Shown here piece after piece: positions 27,329 through 41,199 of a DNA stretch of 64,000 nt. This stretch comes from Eledone cirrhosa. Lineage: Eukaryota. The stretch covers positions 39,308,001 to 39,372,000 of the forward strand of contig OZ024749.1 in the NCBI GenBank assembly GCA_964016885.1, given 5' to 3'. Every line of letters starts with the position of its first letter. The stretch's first letter is position 1. A program made the translations under genes and the position numbers. The notes under the pieces were generated by a model. The model worked only from the letters and a program-made list of their open reading frames with translations, did no database searches and was not told where the DNA came from.

Positions 27329-30300
27329 AATGGTGGAGGGGGGGGGGGGGGCAGTGATGATGATGGTGGTGGTAGTGGTGGTGGTGATAATGATGATGAT
27401 GATGGTGGTGGTTGTGATGATGATGATAATGGTGGTGGGGGTAGAGGTGGGGTGGGTGGCAGTGATGATGATGGTGGTAGTGGTGATGGTGATGATGATG
27501 ATGATGGTGGTGGTTGTGGTGATGATGATGATGGTGGTGGTGGTGGGGGTAGAGGTGGGGTGAGTGGCAGTGATGATGATGATGGTGGTAGTGGTGGTGG
27601 TGATGATGATGTTGGTGGTGGTTGTGGTGATGATGATGGTGGTGGTGGTGGCGGTGCTGGTGGTCGGTTAGGAGAAGGAAGCAATAATGAAAATTAGTAA
27701 ACCTTTTACACACCCATTTCTCTAAGCTCTTCATAAAATGCAGTTTCCACATTCTTTTTCACTGCAACAATTGCTCTTTTAGTAGCCTCTTCCCGCCATT
27801 CTTCAGTTTTGTTAACTTTTCGGAACTCATATAGTCGTTCACAAATTTTTTCTATATTGATTACCTTCAAATATGTTTAAATATAAAAACTATTGTTAAA
27901 AGATATATCAATTTTAGCTGTTAATCTGTCTGCCTGTCGCACAAACACTGGACAATCTTCCACTCCCTAGGCCCTGAGCCCATCACCCTCACCCTCCACA
28001 TTCCGCTGTGACACTAGAGCCCTTGCCTTTCCCTTCCTTTGCCATTTTCATAACCACAAAAGACACTTGAATATTCAGTGTAACTCTACATTGTGTAGTT
28101 TTTATTTTACTAAATCATTCTAAAATATCGACAACCTTCTATACAAACTATGAAACCAATGGAAAATTTGAAATTCTATAGTAACTGTAAGAATCCCAAA
28201 TGCAGAATATAAATGTATGTATGTATGTATGGTCCCGTAACTCCTGACAGAGTCATAGGGGTACTGTATTGACATACAGTGTTTCTTGGGCCTTTTAAAG
28301 CCTGGCAGGGCCCATCCCGCTCCAGGCCTGAGTACAGCAGATTTCTTCCAGAGAAAGATAGAAAGTGAGAAAGAGGAAATGAGAAAGAGATGTAGAGGAA
28401 GAATCGACCCCAGTACTAGGCTGGTACTTTTTTATTGATCACAAAAGGATGAAAGGCAAAGTTGACCTTGGTGGGGAACTCAGAGAGCAGAGAGCTGGAA
28501 CGAATACCATAAAGAATTCTATCCGATGTTCAAATGACTCTGTCAATTCACTGCCTAGAATATAACTGTAACAGCAGTCAATTGCTATAAATAATAGCTT
28601 AGAAAATCATGTAAAATACCCTTATGAACAGAAAAAGATTTACCCTGGCGGAGCCCATCCCTCTTCATATTTGAACATACCAGTTTTCTTCTACAGAGAG
28701 AGAGAGAGGGGGGGGGGGGGGGAAGAATCAACATGGTACATTATTTACCAATCTCAAGAGGATTAAAGGCAGAGTTGACCTCAGAGAGCAGAAAGCTGGA
28801 ACAAAATACTATGAAGCATTCTATTCAAAGTTCTAATGACTCTGCAATTTGCTACCAAATATAGTCCTTCAATATATAATATAAATAATATTAGACATAG
28901 CCATTCAGTATATGATATGAATGATCTTAGACATAGTTCTTCAATATATAATATGAAGGATATAAGACATAGTCAGTCCTTCAATATATTTGAACGATAT
29001 TAGATATAAATCTTCAATATACTTAATTATAACTCTTACCTTTGCATTATATTTATTTGCCAACAAGTAACTGAGGCTTGTTTTCCCTGATTTCGGCATA
29101 CCTATAACAACAATCTTACAGGGTGGCTTTGGTTGAGGACGTAATAGGAATGGTCTTGGATTTCGTATAAATCTTTCCATTGATTCAAGACTTGATAAAA
29201 AGTAAATTTTGTCCAGGAATCTAAAATTGAAAGATTTTTGCAATGTATTTATCATTTCTTAGTATACTCCTTCTATTGTTATACACAATCTTTCATATGA
29301 CACTCATCCCCTATATTAGAACCATTGCTAACCACTGGTTTTAAAGGGTTGCTATTTATATTAAAATCTTCCAACATTCCATGTGTCTAACTCACGTGGG
29401 CATGCCTACAGAGTCAGAAAACAGCACAGCTCCCATGACTTTCGGAAACATTTTTTCACTCTCAGAGTTGCTGAAGCATAGAACAAACTACCTGCATCAG
29501 TTGTTATTAGCTGCCGAGACACTGCATCCTTTAAAACCTCCATGCTTACTGAAATTTGCCAACACTACACCTGATCCCCCCCCCCCACCTCCATACACAT
29601 GCTCACATGTATATCATGACTCATACACTGTTCACTTTCCTGACATTTGTACAGTATTCTATGTACTATACATGCACCTTTGACGAGTTGTAGTGCACCT
29701 GAGCACTGTACACAATAATTTCATTATTATTATTTTTATTATTTTATATATAAGAACCATATGTTAAGTTGCTATCTTAGTAATGAAATAATTAATGAGT
29801 TTACTGAAAGGTTGGAAGGACTTTCAGTTCTGTCAAAGTCATGACAACCCTTCTTGTGCACTCAGTAGAATGTGGGATCATATGTAAGCAAGATGCAGAG
29901 CCCCAGGCCTGTCTGGGAGGTCTGTAGTCCCACTTCAGTAATGACATGGTTAAGACACATTTAACCCTTGCTAGCAGGGAAAGCAGATGTTAAATGATAA
30001 ACAAAAAATAAATCCCTCACAGTCCTTCATTAGTTTATTGAAATAGTGTATATTTCATTAGAAATATGATCAAGAAAAGGTAGAATTACAACAAGAAGCA
30101 AACGCTCATCATCATCTCCATTTAGCATCCATCTTTCCACGCTGGCATGGGTTATACGAGTTATCCTGTTGTCAGCAATGCCAGAACTGATTTTGGTTTG
30201 GTTTCTATAGCTGGATGCCCTTCCTAGCATCAACCTGATTTACAGAGAGTGCTGGATGCTTTTTGCCGTGACACCTACACGACCACTTTACAGTGTGGAC

Positions 30301-33300
30301 TGGGTGCTTTTTGCCATGACACCTACACAACCAATTTACAGTGTGGACTGGGTGCTTTTTGCCGTGATACCTACACAACCAATTTACAGTGTGGACTGGG
30401 TGCTTTTTGCCATGACACCTACACGACCACTTTACAGTGTGGACTGGGTGCTTTTTGCCATGACACCTACACGACCACTTTACAGTGTGGACTGGGTGCT
30501 TTTTGCCGTGACACCTACACGACCACTTTACAGTGTGGACTGGGTGCTTTTTGCCGTGACACCTACACAACCAATTTACAGTGTGGACTGGGTGCTTTTT
30601 GCCATGACACCTACACGACCACTTTACAGTGTGGACTGGGTGCTTTTTGCCATGACACCTACACAACCAATTTACAGTGTGGACTGGGTGCTTTTTGCCG
30701 TGATACCTACACAACCAATTTACAGTGTGGACTGGGTACTTTTTGCCATGACACCTACACGACCACTTTACAGTGTGGACTGGGTGCTTTTTGCCATGAC
30801 ACCTACACGACCACTTTACAGTGTGGACTGGGTGCTTTTTGCCATGACACCTACACAACCACTTTACAGTGTGGACTGGGTGCTTTTTAACATGACACCT
30901 ACACAACCACTTTACAGTGTGGACTGGGTGCTTTTTAACATGACACCTACACGACCAACTTACAGTGTGGACTGGGTGCTTTTTGCCGTGACACCTACAC
31001 GACCAATTTACAGTGTGGACTGGGTGCTTTTTGCCGTGACACCTACACAACCACTTTACAGTGTGGACTGGGTGCTTTTTAACATGACACCTACACGACC
31101 AACTTACAGTGTGGACTGGGTGCTTTTTGCCGTGACACCTACACGACCAATTTACAGTGTGGACTGGGTGCTTTTTGCCGTGACACCTACACAACCACTT
31201 TACAGTGTGGACTGGGTGCTTTTTGCCATGACACCTACACAACCAATTTACAGTGTGGACTGGGTGTTTTTTGCCGTGACACCTACACAACCACTTTACA
31301 GTGTGGACTGGGTGTTTTTTGCCGTGACACCTACACAACCACTTTACAGTGTGGACTGGGTGCTTTTTGCCGTGACACCTACACAACCACTTTACAGTGT
31401 GGACTGGGTGTTTTTTGCCGTGACACCTACACAACCACTTTACAGTGTGGACTGGGTGTTTTTTGCCGTGACACCTACACAACCACTTTACAGTGTGGAC
31501 TGGGTGTTTTTTGCCGTGTCACCTACACAACCACTTTATAGAGTGGACTGGAGACTTCACTGGATGTATGCTTCAACCTGTCCTAATGGGAGATGTATGG
31601 GGGTGGGTGGGGCGATGTGGTGCATACAATTTATGTGCTTCAGTCTCGGCCTGTGCCTGAGGGAAGTCTGGTCTTACTGTAATACTGTAATCTATATACT
31701 ACTAAAACTCTGTGATTGTGTGCTTGTCTGTAATTTAATACAGCCAAAACGGTGTATAATAGGAAAATACTTTGAAAGGAAGTTGCCCCGGGAATGGGAA
31801 TGCAAATGGAATAAAACAAGTTTTGCGTAGATTGGAGCAAGGGTTCCCAAGATACAGGGTTTTTCCGGGTAACTTCATAAATAGAGAGAGAGAAAGATAG
31901 AGAGAAAGAGTTAGTGGTTGTGAGAGAGTAGATTGGAAGAGAGACATAGAGAGAGAGTGAAGGAGACAGAGAAGGAAAATAGAAGAGAGAGAGAGAGAGA
32001 GCTGGTGGTGTTGTTGTGTATATATGTGTGTGTGTGTGTGCGCGTGTGTATATATATGTGTGGGTGTGTGTGTGTGTGCGCGTGTGTATATGTATGTGTG
32101 TGTGTGTGTGTGTATATATATACACATATGATAATGATGAAATTATTGTGTAAAGTACTCAGGTGCCTGTGTGTGTGTGTATGTGTGTGTATGTGTGTGT
32201 GTCTGTGACCAGTGTATATAGGTCACAGACACCCATATATATGCACACACACACATATATATATATATGGAGCTCCCAATTTCATTTTACATTATATACA
32301 TGTCTGTGTATATTTTAATTATTTAAAAATTATTTTGAAGTGAACATGAAAAATATTTTTAAGTGAACGTGACCCAACATGTCATAGGTGATCAAGTACA
32401 TTATAAATACCAAATGAAATAAGAATTATATAAGGGAAAATAATTATTTCTACTTTAGGCACAAGGCCAGCAATTACCCCAGTGCATTACTGGTACTTTA
32501 TTTTATTGAGCCCATAAGGATGAAAGGCAAAGCTAACCTTGGGAGATTTGAACTCAGAACGCGAAGGGCCATAACTCCATGCTGTCTGACGCTCTACTGA
32601 TACTGCCAATCCACCACCCTTAGGGAAAATAAAGGAAAATAATGAAATTACCCAACAGCAAATTCAGCTTTTCCTTTCGTAATGTTGCCTTGAAAGAGAG
32701 CTACAGGACAATATTTTGACCACCGACTTTTTTTCCAGCCATACTGTGGTGCAATGGCTTCTTTTGTTGAAAATGCTTTGAAAATATTATCTCCTTCCGT
32801 GTCATCTATGTCTCCTTCCTTATTTAAAATCTGAACCACTGCAGTAGGGCTCAAACCACAACATTCAAATTTCCATAAACATTGCTGGAAAATATGAAAT
32901 TGTATAATGGATTAGAATGAGGTTGGGGATCAAACTTTCTAAAATGGTTTCATTCATACCAGAAATCACTCTCTCACTCACTCTCTCTCTTTCTCTAGCC
33001 CTCGCTCCCCCTTCCCCCTCTCTCTGAACCCTCTCCTCTCCCTGTGGAATCTTCAACACCTGCATATCGTTTGACATCCCAAGCTATCTGAAGTAGGAGT
33101 CTGTATACCTTCAAAATCTTGATAATGCTTTTTTTGCTCTGAAGAACTGAATCAAAAGCTCTTTTGAAATAGATAAATGGCAAGGTTGTTGTTGAGGTTT
33201 TCTATTATTTTCCAGCTCAGCTGTCTGCTTGTCGTAGCAACCATTCTAGTTCCAGATCAATAGCTGTCCTATACACTTTTACATCATCGTTGTTTAACAT

Positions 33301-36300
33301 CCCTATTTTCCCTGATAGCAAAGGCTGGAGGACATGTCAACACAGCCCATGTACATTTTATCATTGCACTGACACTAGGGAAGATATTTAATCCTCGGCA
33401 TAGCTGAAAAGTCTTCCTGACTCTTTGTTTGCAACTGGATGTATTCCTATCACCACTTCAACATAAATATATCACAGCCATTACTCTTTCTGTACAAAAT
33501 CATTTTCATACCTAAGTGGTTTGCGTTATTTTATATTATAGTTGTTTAACCCTTTCATTACCATATTTCTAATGAAAGACACTGCCTATGATTTTTAAAT
33601 AATTTTGAAAACAGTCAAGAATTTAAAGGGATTTAGTAATATAACTAACTTTCTTGTTATGAATTTGGTGTTTGGAGTATAATTTAACAAAGGTTTCTAT
33701 ATAGAATTATGATGGGAAGGGTTTTAGATAAACAGAAACACTTTAAAACAAACAGTTAAGTATCAGAAAACCAGGAACAGATTCATGTGGGTTGGTAACA
33801 AAAGAGTTAAACAAGTAAAAACAAAATAATTAATTACCACAGGTATATCATAAGGTTTTCAGGATAGATTTTAAGTTGACAATTTTTACTCACCTTGACT
33901 AATATTTCTGTTGGTTGATTAGCATCCAGTTCCAAAACATATTGTTGGTCATGACTGATAATATAATCCTATACAAAAATACATTGTAGATATCAAAATG
34001 ATAATGTATTGTATTAATGTGAACATTAACCCTTTAGAATTTAAACCAGCTGTATCCGGCCAGAATTCTCTCACCTCTTTCTGTTCAAACTGGCTGCAAC
34101 TGACCACTCATGCTGATGTTAAGGTATTATTCTCAAAATAAATAATTGTTTCTACTTTTGGCACAAGGCCAGCAATTACTCAGTACATTACTGGTACTTC
34201 ATTTTATCGACCCCCGTAAGGATGAAAGGCAAAGTTAACCTCAACGGAATTTGAACTCAGACCGTAAAGGGATGTAACCATGCCAAAAAGCATTGGCGTC
34301 CAACCCTCTACCGATACTGCCAATTCACTGCCCTCAAAATAAATAATATCCAAATCTCATAGCTTCAATATTATGTCAGATAATTATGTGAGATAAAGCC
34401 TTTGCCATGAAAATACAATAGCAAATGCAGAGTAATGTAAAATGCTAAAGGGTTAAGTCATACTTGAATGTGGGTGAGAGCTGTAGTAATAGTTTATTAC
34501 CAGGTCACACTCGAGTGTGAGTGAGAGCTGTATTAGTAATTTTATTACAAGGTCACACTCGAGTGTGAGTGAGAGCTGTATTAGTAATTTTATTACAAGG
34601 TCACACTCGAGTGTGAGTGAGAGCTGTAGTAATAGTTTATTACAAGGTCACACTTGAGTGTGAGTGAGAGCTGTATTAGTAATTTTATTACAAGGTCACA
34701 CTCGAGTGTGAGTGAGAGCTGTAGTAGTAATTGTATTACAAGGTCACACTTGAGTGTGAGTGAGAGCTGTAGTATTAGTTTTATTACAAGGAAATACTTG
34801 AGTGTGAGTGAGAGCTGTATTAGTAATTTTATTACAAGGTCACACTTGAGTGTAAGTGAGAGCTGTAGTATTAGTTTTATTACAAGGAAATACTTGAGTG
34901 TGAGTGAGAGCTGTATTAGTAATTTTATTACAAGGTCACACTTGAGTGTAAGTGAGAGCTGTAGTATTAGTTTTATTACAAGGAAATACTTGAGTGTGAG
35001 TGAGAGCTGTATTAGTAATTTTATTACAAGGTCACACTTGAATGTAAGTGAGAGCTGTAGTAGTATTTGTATTACGAAGTCACACTTGAGTGGGTGAGTG
35101 CTGTGGTAGTAGTTATATTACAAGGTACGTCTGAGTTTGAGTGAGAGCTGTTGTTGTAGTTGTATAATTTGTTAGTTTTTGGTCAACTTCATCAATTTTT
35201 CCATACTAGTGTAGGTTAGATTAGTGTAAGTCTATCTTACATAATATCTGTATTAGATTAGTGTAAGTCTATCTTACATAATATCTGTATTTTTCTCAAT
35301 CTTTTTTCATCCCAACCGTAATACTTGATATCCTAAGATTTCAGCACACACCTTGAACTCTGTCATTCTCAGTCACCCCCAACACCCACCCCCTGTCTAA
35401 CTTAGTAGTCTTCATCAGCCACAAGTACCCATCACTGACAGAACAGGCACTTTTTCAACACGTGTTTATTATTAAGTAATACACTGGGATAATTGCTGGC
35501 CTTGTGCCAAAAGTAGAAATAATTATTAAGCCTTCACATCACATATCCCTACGAACTCAGTCACCTCTTCTCTAATTGTCAACATTCAATACTTCAGAAC
35601 TTTCTCATCTCATTTCTGCTCCATGTTTCATGTAAGTTTACCTTTAGCATTTACATTATAATAATAATAATAATAATAATGAAATTATTGTGTACAGTGC
35701 TCAGGTGCACTACAACTCATCAAATGTGCAAAGGCTTTATCTCACATTATATCAAACCTATGAAATTTTGATATTATTTATTTTGAGAACAATACCTTAA
35801 CATCAGTATGAACAGCCAATTACAGTCGGTTTGAACAGAAAGAATGAGAGAGAATTCTGGCCGGATACGGCTGGCTTAAATGATAAAGGGTTAAAGTTAC
35901 CCATGCTTCAGATCATACCTGCCACTCTTCTTTCCACCTTCCATAGATCTTCTACATGTAATATCCATGTCTTCCTACCATGTAGGGTTCGCTTTTCCTA
36001 ACATGCACATCATGTAATTTGCCGTTTGCATACAGAAAAAAAACAAAACTTTTTATTACCAACAGAAGTAACAACTCTTTGAATTTTTGCACTTTATCTT
36101 ATATCTCTTTTAACCTTACTAATAACCCTCACCAACAGTATTAGGTGATTTAAGTAAGAGAAAATGTTACATTTAGCGAACCATCACAGCAGTTCATAGA
36201 CTTCATTCCATGACTGCTCATACAGATAACTGTTTCTGTACCTCTACTATATTTAACACTTTAGCATTTACATTACTCTATATTTACTATTGTATTTTCA

Positions 36301-39300
36301 TGGTAAAAGATTTACCTCACATACTACTACAGTCAGTAGGCACCTCTAACAAAAATACACCCCGTCCCACTAACCCCACCCTATCCACACCTCCCCTTTC
36401 AATGTAAAGTTATGTTGGTACCACAACATCCAGTCCGAAACAAATGAGGTCGTGTAGGTGTCATGACAAAAAAAACACACAGTACACGCTGTAATGTGGC
36501 TGTGTAGGTAACACGGTAAAAACCTCCCAGTCCAGACTGTAAGCGTGGTTGGTGTTAGGAAGGGCATCCAACCGTAGAAAACCCGCCAGACAGTCCTATG
36601 CGAGCAAGACAACCACTCTTGCCTCAAGTGGGAAAACTCCCGTCCAAACCCATGCAAGCGTGGAAGATGGACGTTAAACGATGATGATGATGATGATGAT
36701 GATGAATATCGAATCTGCGAGATTTTGATGTTATTTATTTTGAGAACAATACCTTAATGTTGGTATGAGTGGTTGGTTACAAAACAGAAATAGGTGAGAG
36801 AGTTCTGGCCAGATACAGCTGGTTTAAATGCAAAAGGGTTAAGTAACAGAAAACATTATATTTAGAGAACTATCACAGCAGTTCATGGGCTTCATTCTAT
36901 ATACCTCTACTATATATAAAGTAATGACACTATGTCATTTTATCAGCGATCCCATTATATTTTCATGCATGTAATATTATGGCCTTAGAAAGTTTTAAAA
37001 GTGCCAAAGACATGGCTCTTGATCATCATTTAACATCCATTTTCCCAGCTAGCAAGGGTTGAACAGGCCTTCAACAAACCTTGCTGGCACTTAAGTGGAG
37101 TTAGTGACACCTCAGATAGGCCAGGACCTGTATCTCACTTACATACTTAACTGAGTGCTAAGACAAGCCATGGGTATGGATCTCACTACATTCCCACACT
37201 CAACTGAGAGCTAAGACAAGTCAGTGGAGGGATCTGGATCTCCCTACATTCCCACACTCAACTGAGAGCTAAGACAAGCTGGTGAGGGGATCTGGATCTC
37301 ACTACATTCCCACACTCAACTGAGAGCTAAGACAAGCTGGTGAGGGGATCTGGATCTCACTACATTCCCACACTCAACTGAGAGCTAAGACAAGCTGGTG
37401 AGGGGATCTGGATCTCACTACATTCCCACACTCAACTGAGAGCTAAGACAAGTCAGTGGAGGGATCTGGATCTCACTACATTCCCACACTCAACTGAGAG
37501 CTAAGACAAGTCAGTGGAGGGATCTGGATCTCACTACATTCCCACACTCAACTGAAAGCTAAGACAAGTCAGTGGAGGGATCTGAATCTCACTACATTCC
37601 CACACTCAACTGAGAGCTAAGACAAGTCAGTGGAGGGATCTGTATCTCCCTACATTCTCACACTCAACTGAGAGCTAAGACAAGCTGGTGGGGAATTTGT
37701 ATCTCACTACATTCCCACACTCAACTGAGAGCTAAGACAAGTCAGTGGAGGGATCTGTATCTCCCTACATTCCCACACTCAACTGAGAGCTAAGACAAGC
37801 TGGTGAGGGGATCTGGATCTCACTACATTCCCACACTCAACTGAGAGGGGAATTTGTATCTCACTACATTCCCACACTCAACTGAGAGCTAAGACAAGTC
37901 AGTGGGGGGATCTGTATCTCCCTACATTCCCACACTCAACTGAGAGGGGAATTTGTATCTCACTTCAGTCATTCAACTCTATTTTTTTTTTTCACATTTG
38001 TAATTAAATCTAAATAAAACAATAGTTACCTCAATGACCCTCAATGAATGTAACTTGTAATTTTCTATACTAGCTTCTACAGCATCTTTTAAATGTTCTG
38101 GGTGTTGAATAAGACGTTCCAAGTCCTCAGAGGACATCGTTGAAGATTCTTCTCCTTCCTCAAGAGTGTCGTCTTCATTCATTACATTCTAAATTAAACA
38201 TTCAATAAATGTATCAACCATTGTAATAATTGAACACCAAACTTTAAATCGTTACAATGTTTTAAAACAGAAAATAAGATAAAGTGGTGGTGTGGTGGTG
38301 TGGTGGTGTGGTGGTGTGGTGGTGGTGGTAGTGGTGGTGATGGTGTTAGTGGTGATGGTTGTAGTGATAGTGGTGGCAGTGTTGTTGTTACTGGTTATGG
38401 TGGTAGTAGTCATGGTGGTGGTGATAGTGGTGGTTGTGGTAATGGTGGTAGTGGTGATGGTGTGGGTGGTGGTAGTGGTGGTAGTAATGATGGTGGTGGT
38501 AATGGTGAAGGTGGTGGTGGTGGTGGTAATGGTGGTAGTAGTGATGGTGGTGGTGGTAATGGTGGTAGTGGTGATGATGGTGGTGGTGGTAATGGTGGTA
38601 ATGGTGATAGTGGTGGTAATGGTGGTAGTGGTGATAGTGGTGGCAGTGTTGTTGTTGTTGTTGTTGGTGGTGAATTGTGGTGGAAGTGGTAATAGTGGTA
38701 GTGTTGTTGTTGCTGGTGTGATAGTGGTAGTAGTGATAATGATGGTAGTGGTTGTGGTGATAGTGGTGGCAGTATTGTTGTTGCTGGTAGTGATGGTAGT
38801 TGTTGTGATGGTAGTGGCAGTGGTGGTGGTGGTAATAGTGGTAGTGTTGTTGCTGCTGGTGTGATAGTAGTAGTAGTAGTGGTGATGGTGGTAGTAGTGA
38901 TAATGATGGTAGTGGTAATGGTGGTAGTGGTTGTGGTGATAGTGGTGGCAGTATTGTTGTTGCTGGTGTTGATGGTAGTTGTCATGATGGTAGTGGTAGT
39001 GGTAGTGGTAGTGGTGGTAATAGTGGTAGTGTTGTTGCTGCTGGTGATGATGGTAGTAGTAGTGATGGTGGTGTTATTGTCGCTGGTGGCAATGATGATG
39101 ATCATCATCATCATCATCATCATCATGATATGGTGAATGCATCTTGGATATAAATGTTGCCTAAATCCAAATAGCAGAGTTTATAAACATAAATTCAAAA
39201 GCTTTACTGTCTTGGACTTTTTTTCGGGTTCATAACTCTCTTTGTTGTACATAACTCCTGTAACAGCATCAAACTTCTGAAACATCCGTCTATTTATTAA

Positions 39301-41168
39301 ATCTTCATCTGGCATCTAGGAAACAAAATAATAATAATAATGAAATTATTGTGTACGGTGCTCAGGTGCACTACAACTCATCAAAGGTGCATGTATAGTA
39401 CATAGAATAATGTACAAATGTCAGGAAAATGAACAGTGTACGAGTCATGATATAATAACAATAACAATAATGAAATAAAATATAAGGAAAAACCCTTAAG
39501 TATTCTATTCAGAAGTTTTGTTGCTAGATATTTATGATACAACCTCAATATGCTGTTAATTCGTTCAGTTTACAGAATCAGAATTGAATCATCATCATCA
39601 TCATCGTTTAAATAATAATAATAATAATGAAATTATTGTGTACAGTGCTCAGGTGCACTACAACTCATCAAAGGTGCATGTATAGTACATAGAATAATGT
39701 ACAAATGTCAGGAAAATGAACAGTGTATGAGTCATGATATAACAATAATAACAACAATGAAATATTGTGTACAGTGCCCAGGTGCACCACAACTCATCAA
39801 AAAAGTGCATGTACAGTACATAGGGCAATGCACAAACATCAGTAAAATGAACAGTGCACGAGTCATGATACACACATGTGTGCATGTGTATGGAAGGGGT
39901 ACATCAGGTGTAGTTTTGGCGTATTTCGGGAAGCATGAGTGTCTTAAAGGATGCAGTGTCTCGGCAGCTAACAACTGACGCAGGCAGTTTAACGTCCATC
40001 TTCCACGCTTGCATGGGTTTGGACGGGAGTTTTCCCACTTGAGGCAAGATTGGTTGTCCTGCTCGCATAGGAGTCTGGCGGGTTTTCTACGGCTGGATGC
40101 CCTTCCTAACACCAACCACGTTTACAGTGTGGGACTGGGAGGTTTTTACCGTGTTACCTACACGGCCACATTACAGCGTGGACTGTGTGTTTTTTTTTTG
40201 TCGTGACACCTACACGACCTCATTTGTTTCGGACTGGATGTTGTGGTACCAACATAACTTCACATTTAAGGGGGTGGTATGGATGGGGTGGGGGTAGTGG
40301 GACGGGGGGTGTATTTTGTTAGAATATATTTCTAAATTAATAAATAACTTTTACAATTTCTCTTACAAATTGCATACTTTGCTCCCACTAACAAATGCAA
40401 TTTAGTCAATTATTCATTTGATCTTTGACCAAATATGATTAAAAGTGATCTTACTCTGCTGGGAATGATTTGAGTTTACTACTTTCTAAAAAAAAAATAG
40501 AAAGGAAAAACAATTTGTAACTGAAGCAAATTTAACCCTTTAGCATTTATACCAGCTGTACCTGGCCAGAATTCTTTCACCTTTTTCTGTTTAAACCGGC
40601 TTTAACAGGCCGCTTATACTGATGTTAAGGTATTGTGCTCAAAATAAATATATCAAAATCTCGTAAATTCAACATCATGTGAGATAATTATATAAGATAA
40701 AGCCTTTACTACAAAAATACAATAGTACATATAGAGTAAATGCTAAAGGGTTAATACTAACTTTCAAATTTATAATGACATCAGGAAGGAGATAATTTTT
40801 CTTTAACCATTCCATCTGGTCAAAGGTGCTCATGTAATCTTGAGAAACTGTTGGGAAACCATCAAGAATATAACCTGTAAAGACAAAACATTAATTGACA
40901 TTTAATCAAAAGTAAATCCTTCCCATGTAGGTGTGGATGTCTAATAATATGTTAATAAATAGCATTCCTTTTTTCCTGCTTCTTACTGTTACCAATCTGC
41001 TAAACACTTTTCTCTTTCTCTCTCACCTCTTTCTGTTCAAACCAACTGTAACCAGCCACTCATACTGATGTTAAGGTATTATTCTCAAAATAAACAATAT
41101 CAAAATCACAGATTTTACCATGAAAATATAATAGTAGATATAGAGTAATGTAAATGCTAAAGGGTTAA

Positions 41169-41199
<31 letters not shown>

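Noticed and set aside
28211-28345. Twister ribozyme in a TAACTCC-containing repeat (also near 18535)
   Set aside because: I could not find the conserved P4 and pseudoknot pairings.
30205-31830. Cys/His-rich 16-aa repeat ORFs that look like zinc-binding proteins
   Set aside because: A 48-bp SINE-derived tandem that is open on both strands.
22745-37965. CRISPR-like arrays
   Set aside because: Units are contiguous with no unique spacers, there are no cas genes, and the context is eukaryotic intron.
27217-39136. Poly-Pro, poly-His, poly-Val and YI-repeat ORFs
   Set aside because: Translations of microsatellites.
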